The notes under the pieces: generated by a model | Databases searched by the model: none | The model's input: only the letters and a program-made list of their open reading frames with translations | Told to the model about the DNA's origin: nothing | Shown here: in pieces, positions 9,820 to 19,371 of the stretch | Layout: every line of letters starts with the position of its first letter | Numbering within the stretch: the stretch's first letter is position 1 | Made by a program: the position numbers and the translations under genes | DNA from: an uncultured Candidatus Poseidoniales archaeon | Lineage (GTDB): Archaea > Thermoplasmatota > Poseidoniia > Poseidoniales > Thalassarchaeaceae | Reading direction: 5' to 3' | Assembly (NCBI GenBank): GCA_902593945.1 | Contig: CACJKA010000002.1 | Coordinates: 80,807-144,806 of the forward strand | Length of the DNA stretch: 64,000 nt

Positions 9820-10204
9820 TGAAGAAAATCTGCAAGATTGGTCTTATACATCTCATATAGGAAAAGATCTGAGAGGGATTAACCTCTCAGGGGCTAACCT
9901 GAAAAGAGCTGTATTTGATGGAGCTGATCTAGAAGGAGCTGACCTTTCAGGTGCTGATATGAGGAGAGCTTCCTTCAAAGGTGCAAATTTAATGAAAGCG
10001 GCATTCGATAATGCAGATATGAGAAATGCTATTTTCATTAAGGCTAAAATGAATCTTTCGAATTTTCAAGGCGCTAAACTTGAGGGAGCAGATTTGAGAG
10101 GAATTAGGGGGAGGTATGCGATATGGAGAAAGGCAAACTGGTGGGATGCTAAAATGGATGATTCTTTAAGAATTGCATTAACAAAAAAATGGCCTAAGAA
10201 ATGA
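9812..10204 (+). CDS. Pentapeptide repeat protein
   Basis: Repeated A(D/N)Lxx units (DLRGINLSGANLKRAVFDGADLEGADLSGADM). Confidence 0.93.
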   Translation: MSNEENLQDWSYTSHIGKDLRGINLSGANLKRAVFDGADLEGADLSGADMRRASFKGANLMKAAFDNADMRNAIFIKAKMNLSNFQGAKLEGADLRGIRGRYAIWRKANWWDAKMDDSLRIALTKKWPKK

Positions 10205-10207
10205 TGA

Positions 10208-10621
10208 CTATTCTTGTATCTTCAAAAGCCCTTCACGCATCCATTCAGGGACAGGGACTTTCATAGTTATTTCATCCATACTTGTACAAACTGTAGTTTG
10301 TAAAGAACTCCAGCACAATATTTCTTTCTGATTAAATATCTCAAAACTCCAAGTTACTGATGTATTTCCTATTCTCTTTACTTTCAATTTACAAGTTGCT
10401 ATATCGCCGTAGCTGAGAGGATGGTGAAAATTTGCTTCACTATGGACTAAAGGAAAACCTAAACGATGTTTTTGGAGAATCTCATTGTAATGAATGCCGC
10501 ACGTATATTCCCATGATTCTTCATAAAAACGATGTGCTAAATCCCAAAACTTAGGATAATAAACAATACCTGCTAAATCCACCATTGGGAAGTCTATTCT
10601 CCTAGAAGATATGAACGTCAT
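10208..10621 (-). CDS. Acyl-CoA thioesterase (4HBT/YbgC hotdog family)
   Basis: VDLAGIVYYPKF, F.HPLSYGD, IGNTSV and VPVPEWMR motifs. Confidence 0.88.
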   Translation of the reverse strand: MTFISSRRIDFPMVDLAGIVYYPKFWDLAHRFYEESWEYTCGIHYNEILQKHRLGFPLVHSEANFHHPLSYGDIATCKLKVKRIGNTSVTWSFEIFNQKEILCWSSLQTTVCTSMDEITMKVPVPEWMREGLLKIQE

Positions 10622-10708
10622 GATAAATCGTAATAGTTAATTGGTTTGAAATCTGTGGAGGAACATTCTAGAAATTGTGATTTTCCAGTGTACACTAAGA
10701 AATGTAAA

Positions 10709-10785
10709 TGGCGGACCCACCGCGATTTGAACACGGGTTTAAGGCTCCGCAAGCCCCAGTGATATCCAGGCTACACTATGGGTCC
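10709..10785 (-). tRNA. tRNA-Arg(GCG), CCA encoded
   Basis: Minus strand GGACCCATAGTGTAGCCTGGATATCACTGGGGCTT-GCG-GAGCCTTAAACCCGTGTTCAAATCGCGGTGGGTCCGCCA folds as a cloverleaf. Confidence 0.95.
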
Positions 10786-10841
10786 AATAGAACTTCGAGA
10801 GAAGGTTCATCTTTAATTCCGACGGTGATAGTCAGAGAAAT

Positions 10842-11195
10842 TTACATGTCCAAAGGAAGGATTGTTTTCCAACTAGGTTGTGCTAATTTCTTAGATTTCG
10901 GCCCATCTCTAGGATTAGGATGTTTATGCAATAGAACACCATGCATACCTTCTACATTGAACTTGACTCTTAACTCAAGCATACGATCTCTTTCTATTGT
11001 TTCCATCATTTCAGAATCTAATTCAAATGATGTCCTTGAAGAATCGTCACCTTCATTCTGAATACTAAGAATATTGGCATTAATGTCAGCACGCGGAGAA
11101 AAATCATAATCTCGAGGGTTGCTCATAATGACTTTGAGGTCTGCAATAAGTCTATCTCGAATCGAGACTTTAGTTATCTCCATCTCTTTGACCAT
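10842..11195 (-). CDS. Hypothetical protein
   Basis: 117-aa ORF filling the gap between the PKD gene and the tRNA; no family recognised. Confidence 0.7.
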   Translation of the reverse strand: MVKEMEITKVSIRDRLIADLKVIMSNPRDYDFSPRADINANILSIQNEGDDSSRTSFELDSEMMETIERDRMLELRVKFNVEGMHGVLLHKHPNPRDGPKSKKLAQPSWKTILPLDM

Positions 11196-11253
11196 GCCCC
11201 TGCCATGGAGAATTACTTGAAAGGCCTTCCCACTATTGAATGAGGGTTTAAAC

Positions 11254-12429
11254 TTAAATTTCTGCTACGCGTGGTATCAAAATAATAAATTCTACTTCTA
11301 AACTCCAATCATTGCCTGTATCTGGATCTATGCCATCCACTGGTAAGTCTGGATCACATTGATCGGCCGTAATTGTCCATATCCAATCACCCATCCCCCA
11401 TCTCTGGCCAGGTTCATTAAGTAAGGAATAAACAATATTTTCGGCAGAATCTGCTTGAATATTATAATCTGTTTCTGGAATATCATTTAATTCATCGTAA
11501 GAAATGTAGGTAGAAGCATTTTCCGTAATATTATCGTGAGTGGTTGAAGAAAATGTTCCCCAGCCAGTCATTGGCAAATCAATATGTAAAGAAAAATTGT
11601 CTTCTGGCCATAATAATGGTATTAACTCTCTATCCAATATTAATGAGGCATTAAACTCGATAATGCGAGCATTAAGGCCCGGTTCGTGAGTTAAAGAAAC
11701 AGATTCTCCTTGTTCAAGGTAATCTGACCAAGAATAAGTGACTTTTTCTTCTTCCCAATAGACATAATATGTCCTAGAAATTACCATTATAGTCCATTCT
11801 TCAGAGGAAATTCCTCCCTTATCATCGACTACAGTTAATATTCCTGTTTGGTTACCCGCTTCTAAAAATTCTATCTCAGCTAGAGATGTTGTTGCATCTG
11901 CATCGCCAGTAGGGTCTCCGTCTCCATCGCTATCAAATGTCTTATCGAAATCCCAAATAAAATCTAAATCCCCTCCTTCTGGGTCAAAAGAGTTAGATGC
12001 ATCTAGAAATCCTATATCTCGTGTTTTAACAAATCCAGGTTTTTCAATGATAATAGAGGGCGGAGAATTAACAAAAATAGTCATAGAAATTGAGTCAGAT
12101 TCTCCCAAATCATTAGTCACAGTCAATTCAATTTCATGATTTCCTGGGTTTTGGAAATAATGACTGATGATTCCGGATTTAGTTAATCGTGTTTCTCCGT
12201 CACCAAAATTCCAATTGTAATCTACAATAATTGAAGGAGAGGGGGATGTGGAGCCGCGTCCATCGAAATTTATGACGTCCCCCACATTAATTTCACTTAC
12301 GTCTGAAGAAATTTCAGCATTCGGCGTTGTTGAAGAAAGCCCTGTACATCCAGCTAAAGATACCAATAAAATCATACAAGATATCGAGAAAGTTCCAATT
12401 TTAGTTGATGACATTGGGCGTCTGTGCAT
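11254..12429 (-). CDS. PKD-domain lipoprotein
   Basis: Lipobox LAGC and two PKD-like domains (FDGRGS...YNWNFGDG...LTVTNDLG; LDASNSFDPEG...WDFD...LTVVDDKG). The true start may be a few codons downstream. Confidence 0.88.
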   Translation of the reverse strand: MHRRPMSSTKIGTFSISCMILLVSLAGCTGLSSTTPNAEISSDVSEINVGDVINFDGRGSTSPSPSIIVDYNWNFGDGETRLTKSGIISHYFQNPGNHEIELTVTNDLGESDSISMTIFVNSPPSIIIEKPGFVKTRDIGFLDASNSFDPEGGDLDFIWDFDKTFDSDGDGDPTGDADATTSLAEIEFLEAGNQTGILTVVDDKGGISSEEWTIMVISRTYYVYWEEEKVTYSWSDYLEQGESVSLTHEPGLNARIIEFNASLILDRELIPLLWPEDNFSLHIDLPMTGWGTFSSTTHDNITENASTYISYDELNDIPETDYNIQADSAENIVYSLLNEPGQRWGMGDWIWTITADQCDPDLPVDGIDPDTGNDWSLEVEFIILIPRVAEI

Positions 12430-12489
12430 GATATGATGTTCATAGCGATGTTGGAAAAATATACTAAATAAATATCAAAAATATATGAT

Positions 12490-13353
12490 TTGAAAGATAC
12501 GGACGGATTAGTTCATGGGGGGGATGTGTTTCGATTAATCATGGCTGGGGAGATTTTTGATGGCTTCCGAGTGGTGGGATTTGATTTAGAAACTACAGGC
12601 TTTGATATCAGAAAAGAAAGGATTGTCGAATATGCGCTAATTGGTAGTGACATCGATGGAACTCCCATAAATCTGCAATCATTAGTCTATCCTGGGAAAA
12701 GAATACCTTTCGAAGCATCGAATGTTCACGGCATTAAAGATCAAGATGTCAGAAATGCTGGTGCTTTCTCTGAACATATTAATGAAATTGCAAAAATAAT
12801 CGATGATTCAATAATTGTTGGACACAATATCATTAAATTTGATTGGAAGATTCTTGAAATGGAGTGTGTCAGAGCAGGGTTTGAAACCCCTAAACCAAGA
12901 GCGATTATTGATACATTGGTGATTGCTAGAAAATTAAAAATTCCTGGGAGACATAAATTAGGAATTTTATGTAATAAATATGGAATTGAGCTTGAGAATG
13001 CACATAGGGCAGATGCAGATGCAGGCGCGACTCTGATATTATTGTGGAAAATAATGAAAGAAAATCCTAGATTCTTTAGAGGTTCAATAGATGATTTACA
13101 AGATTCATTAGCAGGAGTAGAGAGAGAAAATTCACTCGGTCCGGGGCTTGAAGATCTAGAGCCTATTCCTCAATCAAGAGGATTATTAAGAAAAAATAAT
13201 TCTGAAATCATAGTCGCCTTTGGTAAATACAAAGGAAGAAGTTTGAATGAAATAAATAGAAATGACCCTAGATATTTGAATTGGTTATTTTCGCCTTCAA
13301 GCCCTATAGAAAAAGTAGTTTGTGAAAAGTATAAGAATTCTTTTCAAATCTGA
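12490..13353 (+). CDS. DEDDh 3'-5' exonuclease (DnaQ/PolC-exo family) with C-terminal exonuclease X-like/DUF3820-like domain
   Basis: FDLETTG, GHNIIKFD, IDTL and HRADAD motifs; C-terminal FGKYKGRSL...DPRYLNWL. The true start may be ATG 12541. Confidence 0.9.
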   Translation: MKDTDGLVHGGDVFRLIMAGEIFDGFRVVGFDLETTGFDIRKERIVEYALIGSDIDGTPINLQSLVYPGKRIPFEASNVHGIKDQDVRNAGAFSEHINEIAKIIDDSIIVGHNIIKFDWKILEMECVRAGFETPKPRAIIDTLVIARKLKIPGRHKLGILCNKYGIELENAHRADADAGATLILLWKIMKENPRFFRGSIDDLQDSLAGVERENSLGPGLEDLEPIPQSRGLLRKNNSEIIVAFGKYKGRSLNEINRNDPRYLNWLFSPSSPIEKVVCEKYKNSFQI

Positions 13354-13355
13354 AA

Positions 13356-14504
13356 TTACCTTATTGATTTCAATAAAGGAGACCAAGGGAGTATCTCGCT
13401 CCAGTCTCCCAAGTGAATGATTTGCCCCTGTGATCTAACGCTACCTAGGAATACTGGGCCATCATAATCTGAAGAAATTATATCTTTCAACTGAATTAAT
13501 GCGCGACCTTTAATTAACGCTCCAAAGCTTATCTCTGAGCTTACTAATTTCCCTTCTGACCCTACCGGAGATTGGCGTTCAAATCTCGCAGCACCTGAAA
13601 AATCATCGAATTTGATTATTTTAACTACCTCGTCACGAAATGTATTCTTATCAGAGAGTTTTCCCTGGTCTCTAGATATCCACCAATCAGGGCACCACGC
13701 CTTAAATTCACAAAACCCACAAGCATCTTCACTGGGTGTCGATTCAGGGGGTTTTGTAGTTAATTTCATTTCATTCCAAGCCAAAATCGCGTCATCTAAG
13801 ACAAAATCGCCATCTGTAGAATATATTTTCTGATTAGATGAATACCACCCTTCAGCAGATACATGGGGATGATTTGGTTTGGTTTCTTTCAATAGGTCTC
13901 TGTAGAATAATAATTGTCTAGTTACTTTTTCATTAAGAGTTGAATTGGGAGGTTTTCCGGTTTTTAAATCTGCAACTATCCAACCTTTGGAGTTTCCATC
14001 TTCATCTAAATCGTCAATTAACAAATCTAGTCTGCCAATTAATCTCCCATCATTAGATACCAGTGACTCTTCATTAGATAGAACAATTGATTTGATCTCT
14101 TTCCAGTCTTTAATAGAAATCTCTGAAAACTTCTTTCCTGTATACTTTGTTTTACTAAAAAGAAGGTTCAGAGCCCCGACTAAACCTTCCCTCGCCTTTC
14201 CAATTGATTGAGGCTTCCAACTTGGGCGGCGGGGAGTATTAAGGAAAATTTCTTTTTCCATTAGCCAATGTTTGTCTATGGTTTCTTTCATTAATTTAGA
14301 TAGCCAACCAACTTCAGAATCTTCCCGTCCTTCAAAATCTAAATTACAAATTTCTTCCATAGAATTATGGATTACATTACCTAATGACGCAGGCATCGAC
14401 GCTTTGCGAGGTAATCTTTGTCTTGAGAGCCAGTATTTTCTTGGACATTCTTCAAATCTATTCCAAGATGAAGGAGATAATTGGTGTTCAAATATTTCGA
14501 CCAC
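13356..14504 (-). CDS. PD-(D/E)XK nuclease, RecB/AddB/Cas4-like, with 4-Cys Fe-S motif
   Basis: LSPSS...CPRKYWL, G..IH, GRLDLL...DLKTG, QLLFY and CGFCEFKAWC. Confidence 0.88.
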   Translation of the reverse strand: MVEIFEHQLSPSSWNRFEECPRKYWLSRQRLPRKASMPASLGNVIHNSMEEICNLDFEGREDSEVGWLSKLMKETIDKHWLMEKEIFLNTPRRPSWKPQSIGKAREGLVGALNLLFSKTKYTGKKFSEISIKDWKEIKSIVLSNEESLVSNDGRLIGRLDLLIDDLDEDGNSKGWIVADLKTGKPPNSTLNEKVTRQLLFYRDLLKETKPNHPHVSAEGWYSSNQKIYSTDGDFVLDDAILAWNEMKLTTKPPESTPSEDACGFCEFKAWCPDWWISRDQGKLSDKNTFRDEVVKIIKFDDFSGAARFERQSPVGSEGKLVSSEISFGALIKGRALIQLKDIISSDYDGPVFLGSVRSQGQIIHLGDWSEILPWSPLLKSIR

Positions 14505-14582
14505 TATTACTACCCACCGACTGTCTGATGTTACGCTCGTGGCGTCATAAGGATTAACACCACCGGCTATTACTATCTAGCA

Positions 14583-15389
14583 ATGACGTCGCAACCGGAG
14601 ATACAGTTTGATTCTGAAATTGATATGACAGGGGCGTTAGTAGTCAATTGCTTCCCATCACTAGGATTTGTTAGTAGCATTGTTGCACATTATTTGGTTG
14701 ATAAATTAAATTTGAAGTTAGTTGGAGGTGTTCGTCACCCTTCTTTACCAGCAGTTTGTTTAGTCCAGGAAGGAATGCCTTTACCACCTTTGAGATTTTA
14801 CGCTGGAGAACCCATATGTAATATGGAAGAATGTAATAAAGTAGTTTTAATCGCCTCAGAAATTCAGGTCCCAGCGAATTTGTGCTTACCATTATCTGGT
14901 GCCTTAATTGATTGGATTAAACAATCCAATGCTAGTGCTACAATAATGATTGATGCTTATTCACCAGGGGTTGAAAATAAGCACACGGTCTTTGATGAGG
15001 ATGATTCTGATGGATCTCTACTAGGGATAGGTTCTGTAGAAGATTCTCATAAAATATTGAATGAATTAAAGGTTCCACTTCTGAAGCAAGGAATCATTGG
15101 GGGTATGACGGGAGTTATGATGGGAGAAAGCAGAAGAAGATCAGTAAATACCGTTGCAATGTTAGCAGAAGCTTCCGGTGAATTCGGAAATGGTACGATT
15201 CCAGATTCTAGAGCTGCAGCAAGAATAATCAATTGCCTCGATAAGTTACTTCCGGCAATATATCTAGATTCTGAACCATTATTGTTAGAAGCTCAAAGAA
15301 TAGAAGATCAGATTAGAGAAATGATGGCTTTACAACTAAACCCGAGTGCTGAGCAAGCAACCAACGAAAGTTCAAACATGTATGGTTAA
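14583..15389 (+). CDS. PAC2 family proteasome assembly chaperone-like protein (second paralogue)
   Basis: FPSLGFVSSIVA, PPLRFY, GIIGGMTG and PDSRAAA motifs. Confidence 0.88.
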   Translation: MTSQPEIQFDSEIDMTGALVVNCFPSLGFVSSIVAHYLVDKLNLKLVGGVRHPSLPAVCLVQEGMPLPPLRFYAGEPICNMEECNKVVLIASEIQVPANLCLPLSGALIDWIKQSNASATIMIDAYSPGVENKHTVFDEDDSDGSLLGIGSVEDSHKILNELKVPLLKQGIIGGMTGVMMGESRRRSVNTVAMLAEASGEFGNGTIPDSRAAARIINCLDKLLPAIYLDSEPLLLEAQRIEDQIREMMALQLNPSAEQATNESSNMYG

Positions 15390-17519
15390 TTAAAAATCCA
15401 TCAAAGATTTTTGAGTATTTTCTTCGACATTAGCGGCCGGCATCTCTATTTCTAACATCTCATTTAACTGGCTCTCTGAAATTACTTGGACTCCTAAGCT
15501 AATGGCATTCTCAAGCTTTGAACCTGCTGACCCTCCGGCAAGAAGATAGTTTAGATTCTTAGAAACAGAACCCACGACCTTTCCTCCATTTGATTTGATT
15601 AAAAGTGCTATTTCTTTACGGGAGCGCGTCAAAGTTCCAGTTATACAAAATGTATTTCCGGATAAAGAACCGTTCGATAAGGGCTTTGATTCTGAATAAA
15701 TATCTAGATGTGTCTGAAGTTTTTTGACCGTGTCCATCCTTATAGTTAATCCATCTAAAATCTGGTTTGCTACCTTCACTCCTATTCCGTCGATTTCAAT
15801 AAGTTGTGTTACTGCTGAATTATTTTCATCAATATTTTCATTTCTTTGATTGACTAAATATAGCAGATTCTCTATTGACGTGACTTGATTTGCTACTGAT
15901 GTTGCTAATTCCGGACCTATACCTGGAATTCCAAGAGCCGAAAGAAACATGCTGAGAGAGATTCGCTTACTGGATTCCAATTCTTTTATCACATTAGTTG
16001 CAGACTTTAGGCCCATTCTTTCTAGATTTGAAATATCGCTAATTTTCAGATTATAAAGATCTGGTAAGGATTTCACTAATCCCTCAGAACACAATTGTTG
16101 TGCTAATTTCTCACCAATACCGTCCATTTCTAGCGATCTTGCCCAATAAAGTATAGTTCTCTCAAGACGTGATGGACAATTCATATTTGTACATCGAAGA
16201 AATGCACCATCTTGAATCAAATTAGTATCACATCGTGGACACAAAGTAGGAATAATTATTTGTGAATAATCAGGTAATTCTTCATCAAATTTTGAACCAT
16301 CTGAATGTGTTCTCCCTTCAATATCTGTCTTTGCAGCTTTACCAATTACTTCGACTATCTTTGGTATTACGTCGCCCCTCCGAACTATCTTGACTTTGTC
16401 TCCAATAGCAATTTGTAATCTATCGACTTCCCCTGGATTATGCAAAGTAACATTCTCAACAGTAACTCCAGAAACAGTAACAGGAGCAACTCTAGCAACA
16501 GGAGTAATTGTTCCGGTTCGACCAACTTGCCAATCAACGTCCATCAGAACTGTATGGGCTTCTTCCGGAGGGAACTTCCATGCAAGAGCCCACCGAGGAT
16601 GATGGGCGGTCATGCCAAGAGATTCTCTCTTTGAAATTAAATCGAGTTTTATTACCACTCCATCTATTTCCCATTCAATACTTCCTCTTTTTTCGGTCCA
16701 ATATTCCGTAATAGAGGAAATCTTCTCTGTAACTTTCGTAGAATCTTCTTCTGTAATTACTGTATTTCCTGCAATCTGTATTCCGATAGTTGAAAGCCAA
16801 TCATTTGAATCGGAATCAAAAATAAATAATGGAGGGTTTGGACTATCTGGGTGACTAGAATTTGAATCTGGAAATTTAACATCATATGCAAGGAAAATTA
16901 AATCTTCGGGCTTTGCTTTGCCAGAATCCTTTGTTTTTTGTCTAAGACATCCTGCCGCAAGATTGCGTGGATTCGGAGCAATTGATGAATACTTTTCATA
17001 GAATGTAGATAATGGCATAATTACTTCACCTCTAATATGACAATCCCCCTCCCAATTAATAGACTCGGGGACATTGGAAATTCTCCTAGCATTAGCAGTA
17101 ACATCTTCACCTCTTGTCCCGTTTCCTCTAGTTGCTGCTCTGACCAATCTACCTCTTCTATACTCTATAGAAAGTGCTGAACCATCAAGTTTGGGCTGAC
17201 AAACAAACTGCCGACCATTTGCTGTTGTTTCAGAAACAAAATGGTGTATTTCCTTAATTGTAGTCGCTTTATCTAAACTACGCATTGGAAATAAATGAAT
17301 TACTTTTTCACTACCTGGGATAGAATCTGAACCGACCATCTCCAGTTGAGGGTTATGTGGATCTAATCTTTTTAATTCTGACCAAAGAGAATCGAATTCC
17401 GTATCAGATATTTCGGGTGCAGCCTGATTATAATATAAATCTGAATGATAAGAAATTTGTTTAACAAGCCAAGAAACAAGCGCCCGCTTATCATCACCTG
17501 ATGGGCGCTCATCAACCAT
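15390..17519 (-). CDS. ligA: NAD-dependent DNA ligase
   Basis: YY...PEISD.EFD, KLDG adenylation motif, RGEV, DGVVIK, PRWALAWKF, VGRTG, Zn finger CPRC...C..C, HhH repeats and a BRCT domain. Confidence 0.97.
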   Translation of the reverse strand: MVDERPSGDDKRALVSWLVKQISYHSDLYYNQAAPEISDTEFDSLWSELKRLDPHNPQLEMVGSDSIPGSEKVIHLFPMRSLDKATTIKEIHHFVSETTANGRQFVCQPKLDGSALSIEYRRGRLVRAATRGNGTRGEDVTANARRISNVPESINWEGDCHIRGEVIMPLSTFYEKYSSIAPNPRNLAAGCLRQKTKDSGKAKPEDLIFLAYDVKFPDSNSSHPDSPNPPLFIFDSDSNDWLSTIGIQIAGNTVITEEDSTKVTEKISSITEYWTEKRGSIEWEIDGVVIKLDLISKRESLGMTAHHPRWALAWKFPPEEAHTVLMDVDWQVGRTGTITPVARVAPVTVSGVTVENVTLHNPGEVDRLQIAIGDKVKIVRRGDVIPKIVEVIGKAAKTDIEGRTHSDGSKFDEELPDYSQIIIPTLCPRCDTNLIQDGAFLRCTNMNCPSRLERTILYWARSLEMDGIGEKLAQQLCSEGLVKSLPDLYNLKISDISNLERMGLKSATNVIKELESSKRISLSMFLSALGIPGIGPELATSVANQVTSIENLLYLVNQRNENIDENNSAVTQLIEIDGIGVKVANQILDGLTIRMDTVKKLQTHLDIYSESKPLSNGSLSGNTFCITGTLTRSRKEIALLIKSNGGKVVGSVSKNLNYLLAGGSAGSKLENAISLGVQVISESQLNEMLEIEMPAANVEENTQKSLMDF

Positions 17520-17595
17520 GTCTGTTGAGAAGGGGGGTGCGACTTGAATATGCGTATTGAGACATTAGAAATGTCTTGCATAAGCTAAGGAATAA

Positions 17596-17673
17596 TGGTG
17601 GGCCAGCCAGGATTTGAACCTGGGTCGCGCGACCCCCAGCCGCGAAGTATAGACCAAGCTAACCTACAGGCCC
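17596..17673 (-). tRNA. tRNA-Pro(GGG), CCA encoded
   Basis: Minus strand GGGCCTGTAGGTTAGCTTGGTCTATACTTCGCGGCT-GGG-GGTCGCGCGACCCAGGTTCAAATCCTGGCTGGCCCACCA. It follows rpoN, as in several euryarchaea. Confidence 0.95.
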
Positions 17674-17724
17674 TGTTATTCAATGGGGGTTCTTTGGGTT
17701 CAAAGCCCTAACCTAAGTGTAAAC

Positions 17725-17931
17725 TCAGTTCTCACGGGCTATACTGAACGGTGCAACTTCATCAATCAAATCAATATGAGCGACGAACATTCTACGGCAA
17801 CAGTATCTTTCCATGCCTAAATTATCCAAGACAACTTGTGCATCTTCTCCATTTACTACTGCTTCTTTGTATTCTTCGTACTTGTGAGCAATAACTTTGC
17901 CACAACTCCAACAACGCACTGGTATCAACAT
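17725..17931 (-). CDS. rpoN: DNA-directed RNA polymerase subunit N (Rpo10)
   Basis: MLIPVRCWSCGK...RYCCRRM. Confidence 0.98.
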   Translation of the reverse strand: MLIPVRCWSCGKVIAHKYEEYKEAVVNGEDAQVVLDNLGMERYCCRRMFVAHIDLIDEVAPFSIAREN

Positions 17932-17942
17932 ATCTTTTCACC

Positions 17943-18380
17943 TCATCTGTATGATTTTTGCCATTTGGCACGGGCACCACGACCCATTTGATGTTTAGCT
18001 TCTTTACGTCTTGGATCGTTAACAAGAAGACTGCGGTCGAATCTCAAGTATTCGTCTCTCAATTCTTCGTCTTCTCCAACAGCACCGCCGTTCCATTTTA
18101 CTAATCCACGAGCTATAGCAGTTCTAATTGCATCTACTTGTCCCATTTGTCCTCCGCCTTGAACATCTACAACGATATCAACGTCGTTTAAACGGTTCAT
18201 TGCTTCAGCAATTTGGACTGGTTCTAATGCTTTACGACGTGCAAGAGTAGGTTCCATTATGTGTATAGGTTGACTATTTACTCGTACGCGCCCCTGGCCT
18301 TTACGGACGGTTGCACGTGCGATTGCAGTCTTTCTTTTACCACTGGTTTCAACTGAAATTTTACCTTTTCTCTTAGCCAT
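17943..18380 (-). CDS. rps9: 30S ribosomal protein uS9
   Basis: [31 protein letters not shown] and QKSYR. Start placed at ATG 18380. Confidence 0.97.
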   Translation of the reverse strand: MAKRKGKISVETSGKRKTAIARATVRKGQGRVRVNSQPIHIMEPTLARRKALEPVQIAEAMNRLNDVDIVVDVQGGGQMGQVDAIRTAIARGLVKWNGGAVGEDEELRDEYLRFDRSLLVNDPRRKEAKHQMGRGARAKWQKSYR

Positions 18381-18382
18381 AT

Positions 18383-18868
18383 TCACTGACCTCCCCAACG
18401 TGTCGCGTCTACGCCTAGTGAAGATGATATTTCACCGAGTCGTACAAATTTTACTGGTAATGGACGGTCTAAGGCTGATGTGTCGCCCCATCTATGTCCT
18501 GAAGGTAACTCTTCACCAGATAGATTGGCTGGACAACCAATCATTACTCTTAGATCTCTAACTGCATTACGGCCGCTACTATTCTTTTGATATGGTAACA
18601 TACCTCTAACCGTTCGCTTCATAATTTGGTCAGGCATTCTTGGGAAAAATGGACCTTTACGAGGATGATTTAATTTATACTTAAAATCATAATCTGCCAG
18701 AACACGAGTTCTAGGGCCCGAAACTATTGCATTTTCAGCATTTAGAACGATTATTCTAACTGGATTGCCTGCCTTTCTAGCAGAAAGTAATTGTTTCGCA
18801 ACTACGCTGGCCAGTCTTCCGAGTACCTTATCTGTAGCATCGTATACTATAGTTCCTGATTCATCCAA
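18383..18868 (-). CDS. rpl13: 50S ribosomal protein uL13
   Basis: [21 protein letters not shown] and RTVRGMLP. Confidence 0.97.
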   Translation of the reverse strand: MDESGTIVYDATDKVLGRLASVVAKQLLSARKAGNPVRIIVLNAENAIVSGPRTRVLADYDFKYKLNHPRKGPFFPRMPDQIMKRTVRGMLPYQKNSSGRNAVRDLRVMIGCPANLSGEELPSGHRWGDTSALDRPLPVKFVRLGEISSSLGVDATRWGGQ

Positions 18869-19226
18869 GGATTCTCACCCCCGATCCTTCTGGGTTTTCG
18901 TTCATTAGTTCACGAATCGTGATTACACGTCCGCCTGCGTCTTCAATTTTAGAGCGGGCTCCAGAACTGACACTATATGCTGCGACGTTGGGCTTACCAG
19001 CTACTTCTCCACTTCCTAGTAATTTACCAGGAACTAGGACCATTCCTTCATTCGCTGCGTATCGCGAAAGACGGCTTAGGTTCGGTTCAGCCCAATTACT
19101 GCGGCTGGATTCCAGACGCAATGCAACGTCTCGCCATAGTGCAGAACCAGTTGACCTGCTCTGGGCCTTTAAATCGCCGATTAAAGCGATTAGGGCCGCG
19201 TTGGTCTTTCTGTTGTTCTTACTCAT
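18861..19226 (-). CDS. rpl18e: 50S ribosomal protein eL18
   Basis: KTN.ALIALI..L, NLSRL, VLVPGKLLGSG and A..KIEDAGG. Start placed at ATG 19226, after GAGGGAG. Confidence 0.96.
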   Translation of the reverse strand: MSKNNRKTNAALIALIGDLKAQSRSTGSALWRDVALRLESSRSNWAEPNLSRLSRYAANEGMVLVPGKLLGSGEVAGKPNVAAYSVSSGARSKIEDAGGRVITIRELMNENPEGSGVRILG

Positions 19227-19371
19227 ATAACTCCCTCGACGTTTCTTAGGTATCGCGGCCACCTGACGACCTGTTATGAATGCTACTACTCGCCAAGTGG
19301 GTAATTCGTTGCACTGCGGCCAATGTGGGTGTTTAACCCACTACAGTTAATTCAAACTAATGATTGTACGA

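Noticed and set aside
10708..11061. 117-aa plus-strand ORF
   Set aside because: It is antisense to tRNA-Arg(GCG) and to the 10842-11195 gene, so it is a shadow ORF.
13356..14504. Cas4-like nuclease as evidence of a CRISPR-Cas system
   Set aside because: No cas1/cas2, no effector genes and no repeat-spacer array were seen anywhere in the window.
17596..17673. U-U mismatch at acceptor stem pair 6-67 of tRNA-Pro as a sign of editing or pseudogenisation
   Set aside because: A single mismatch is tolerated in many tRNAs, and the rest of the cloverleaf and the CCA end are intact.
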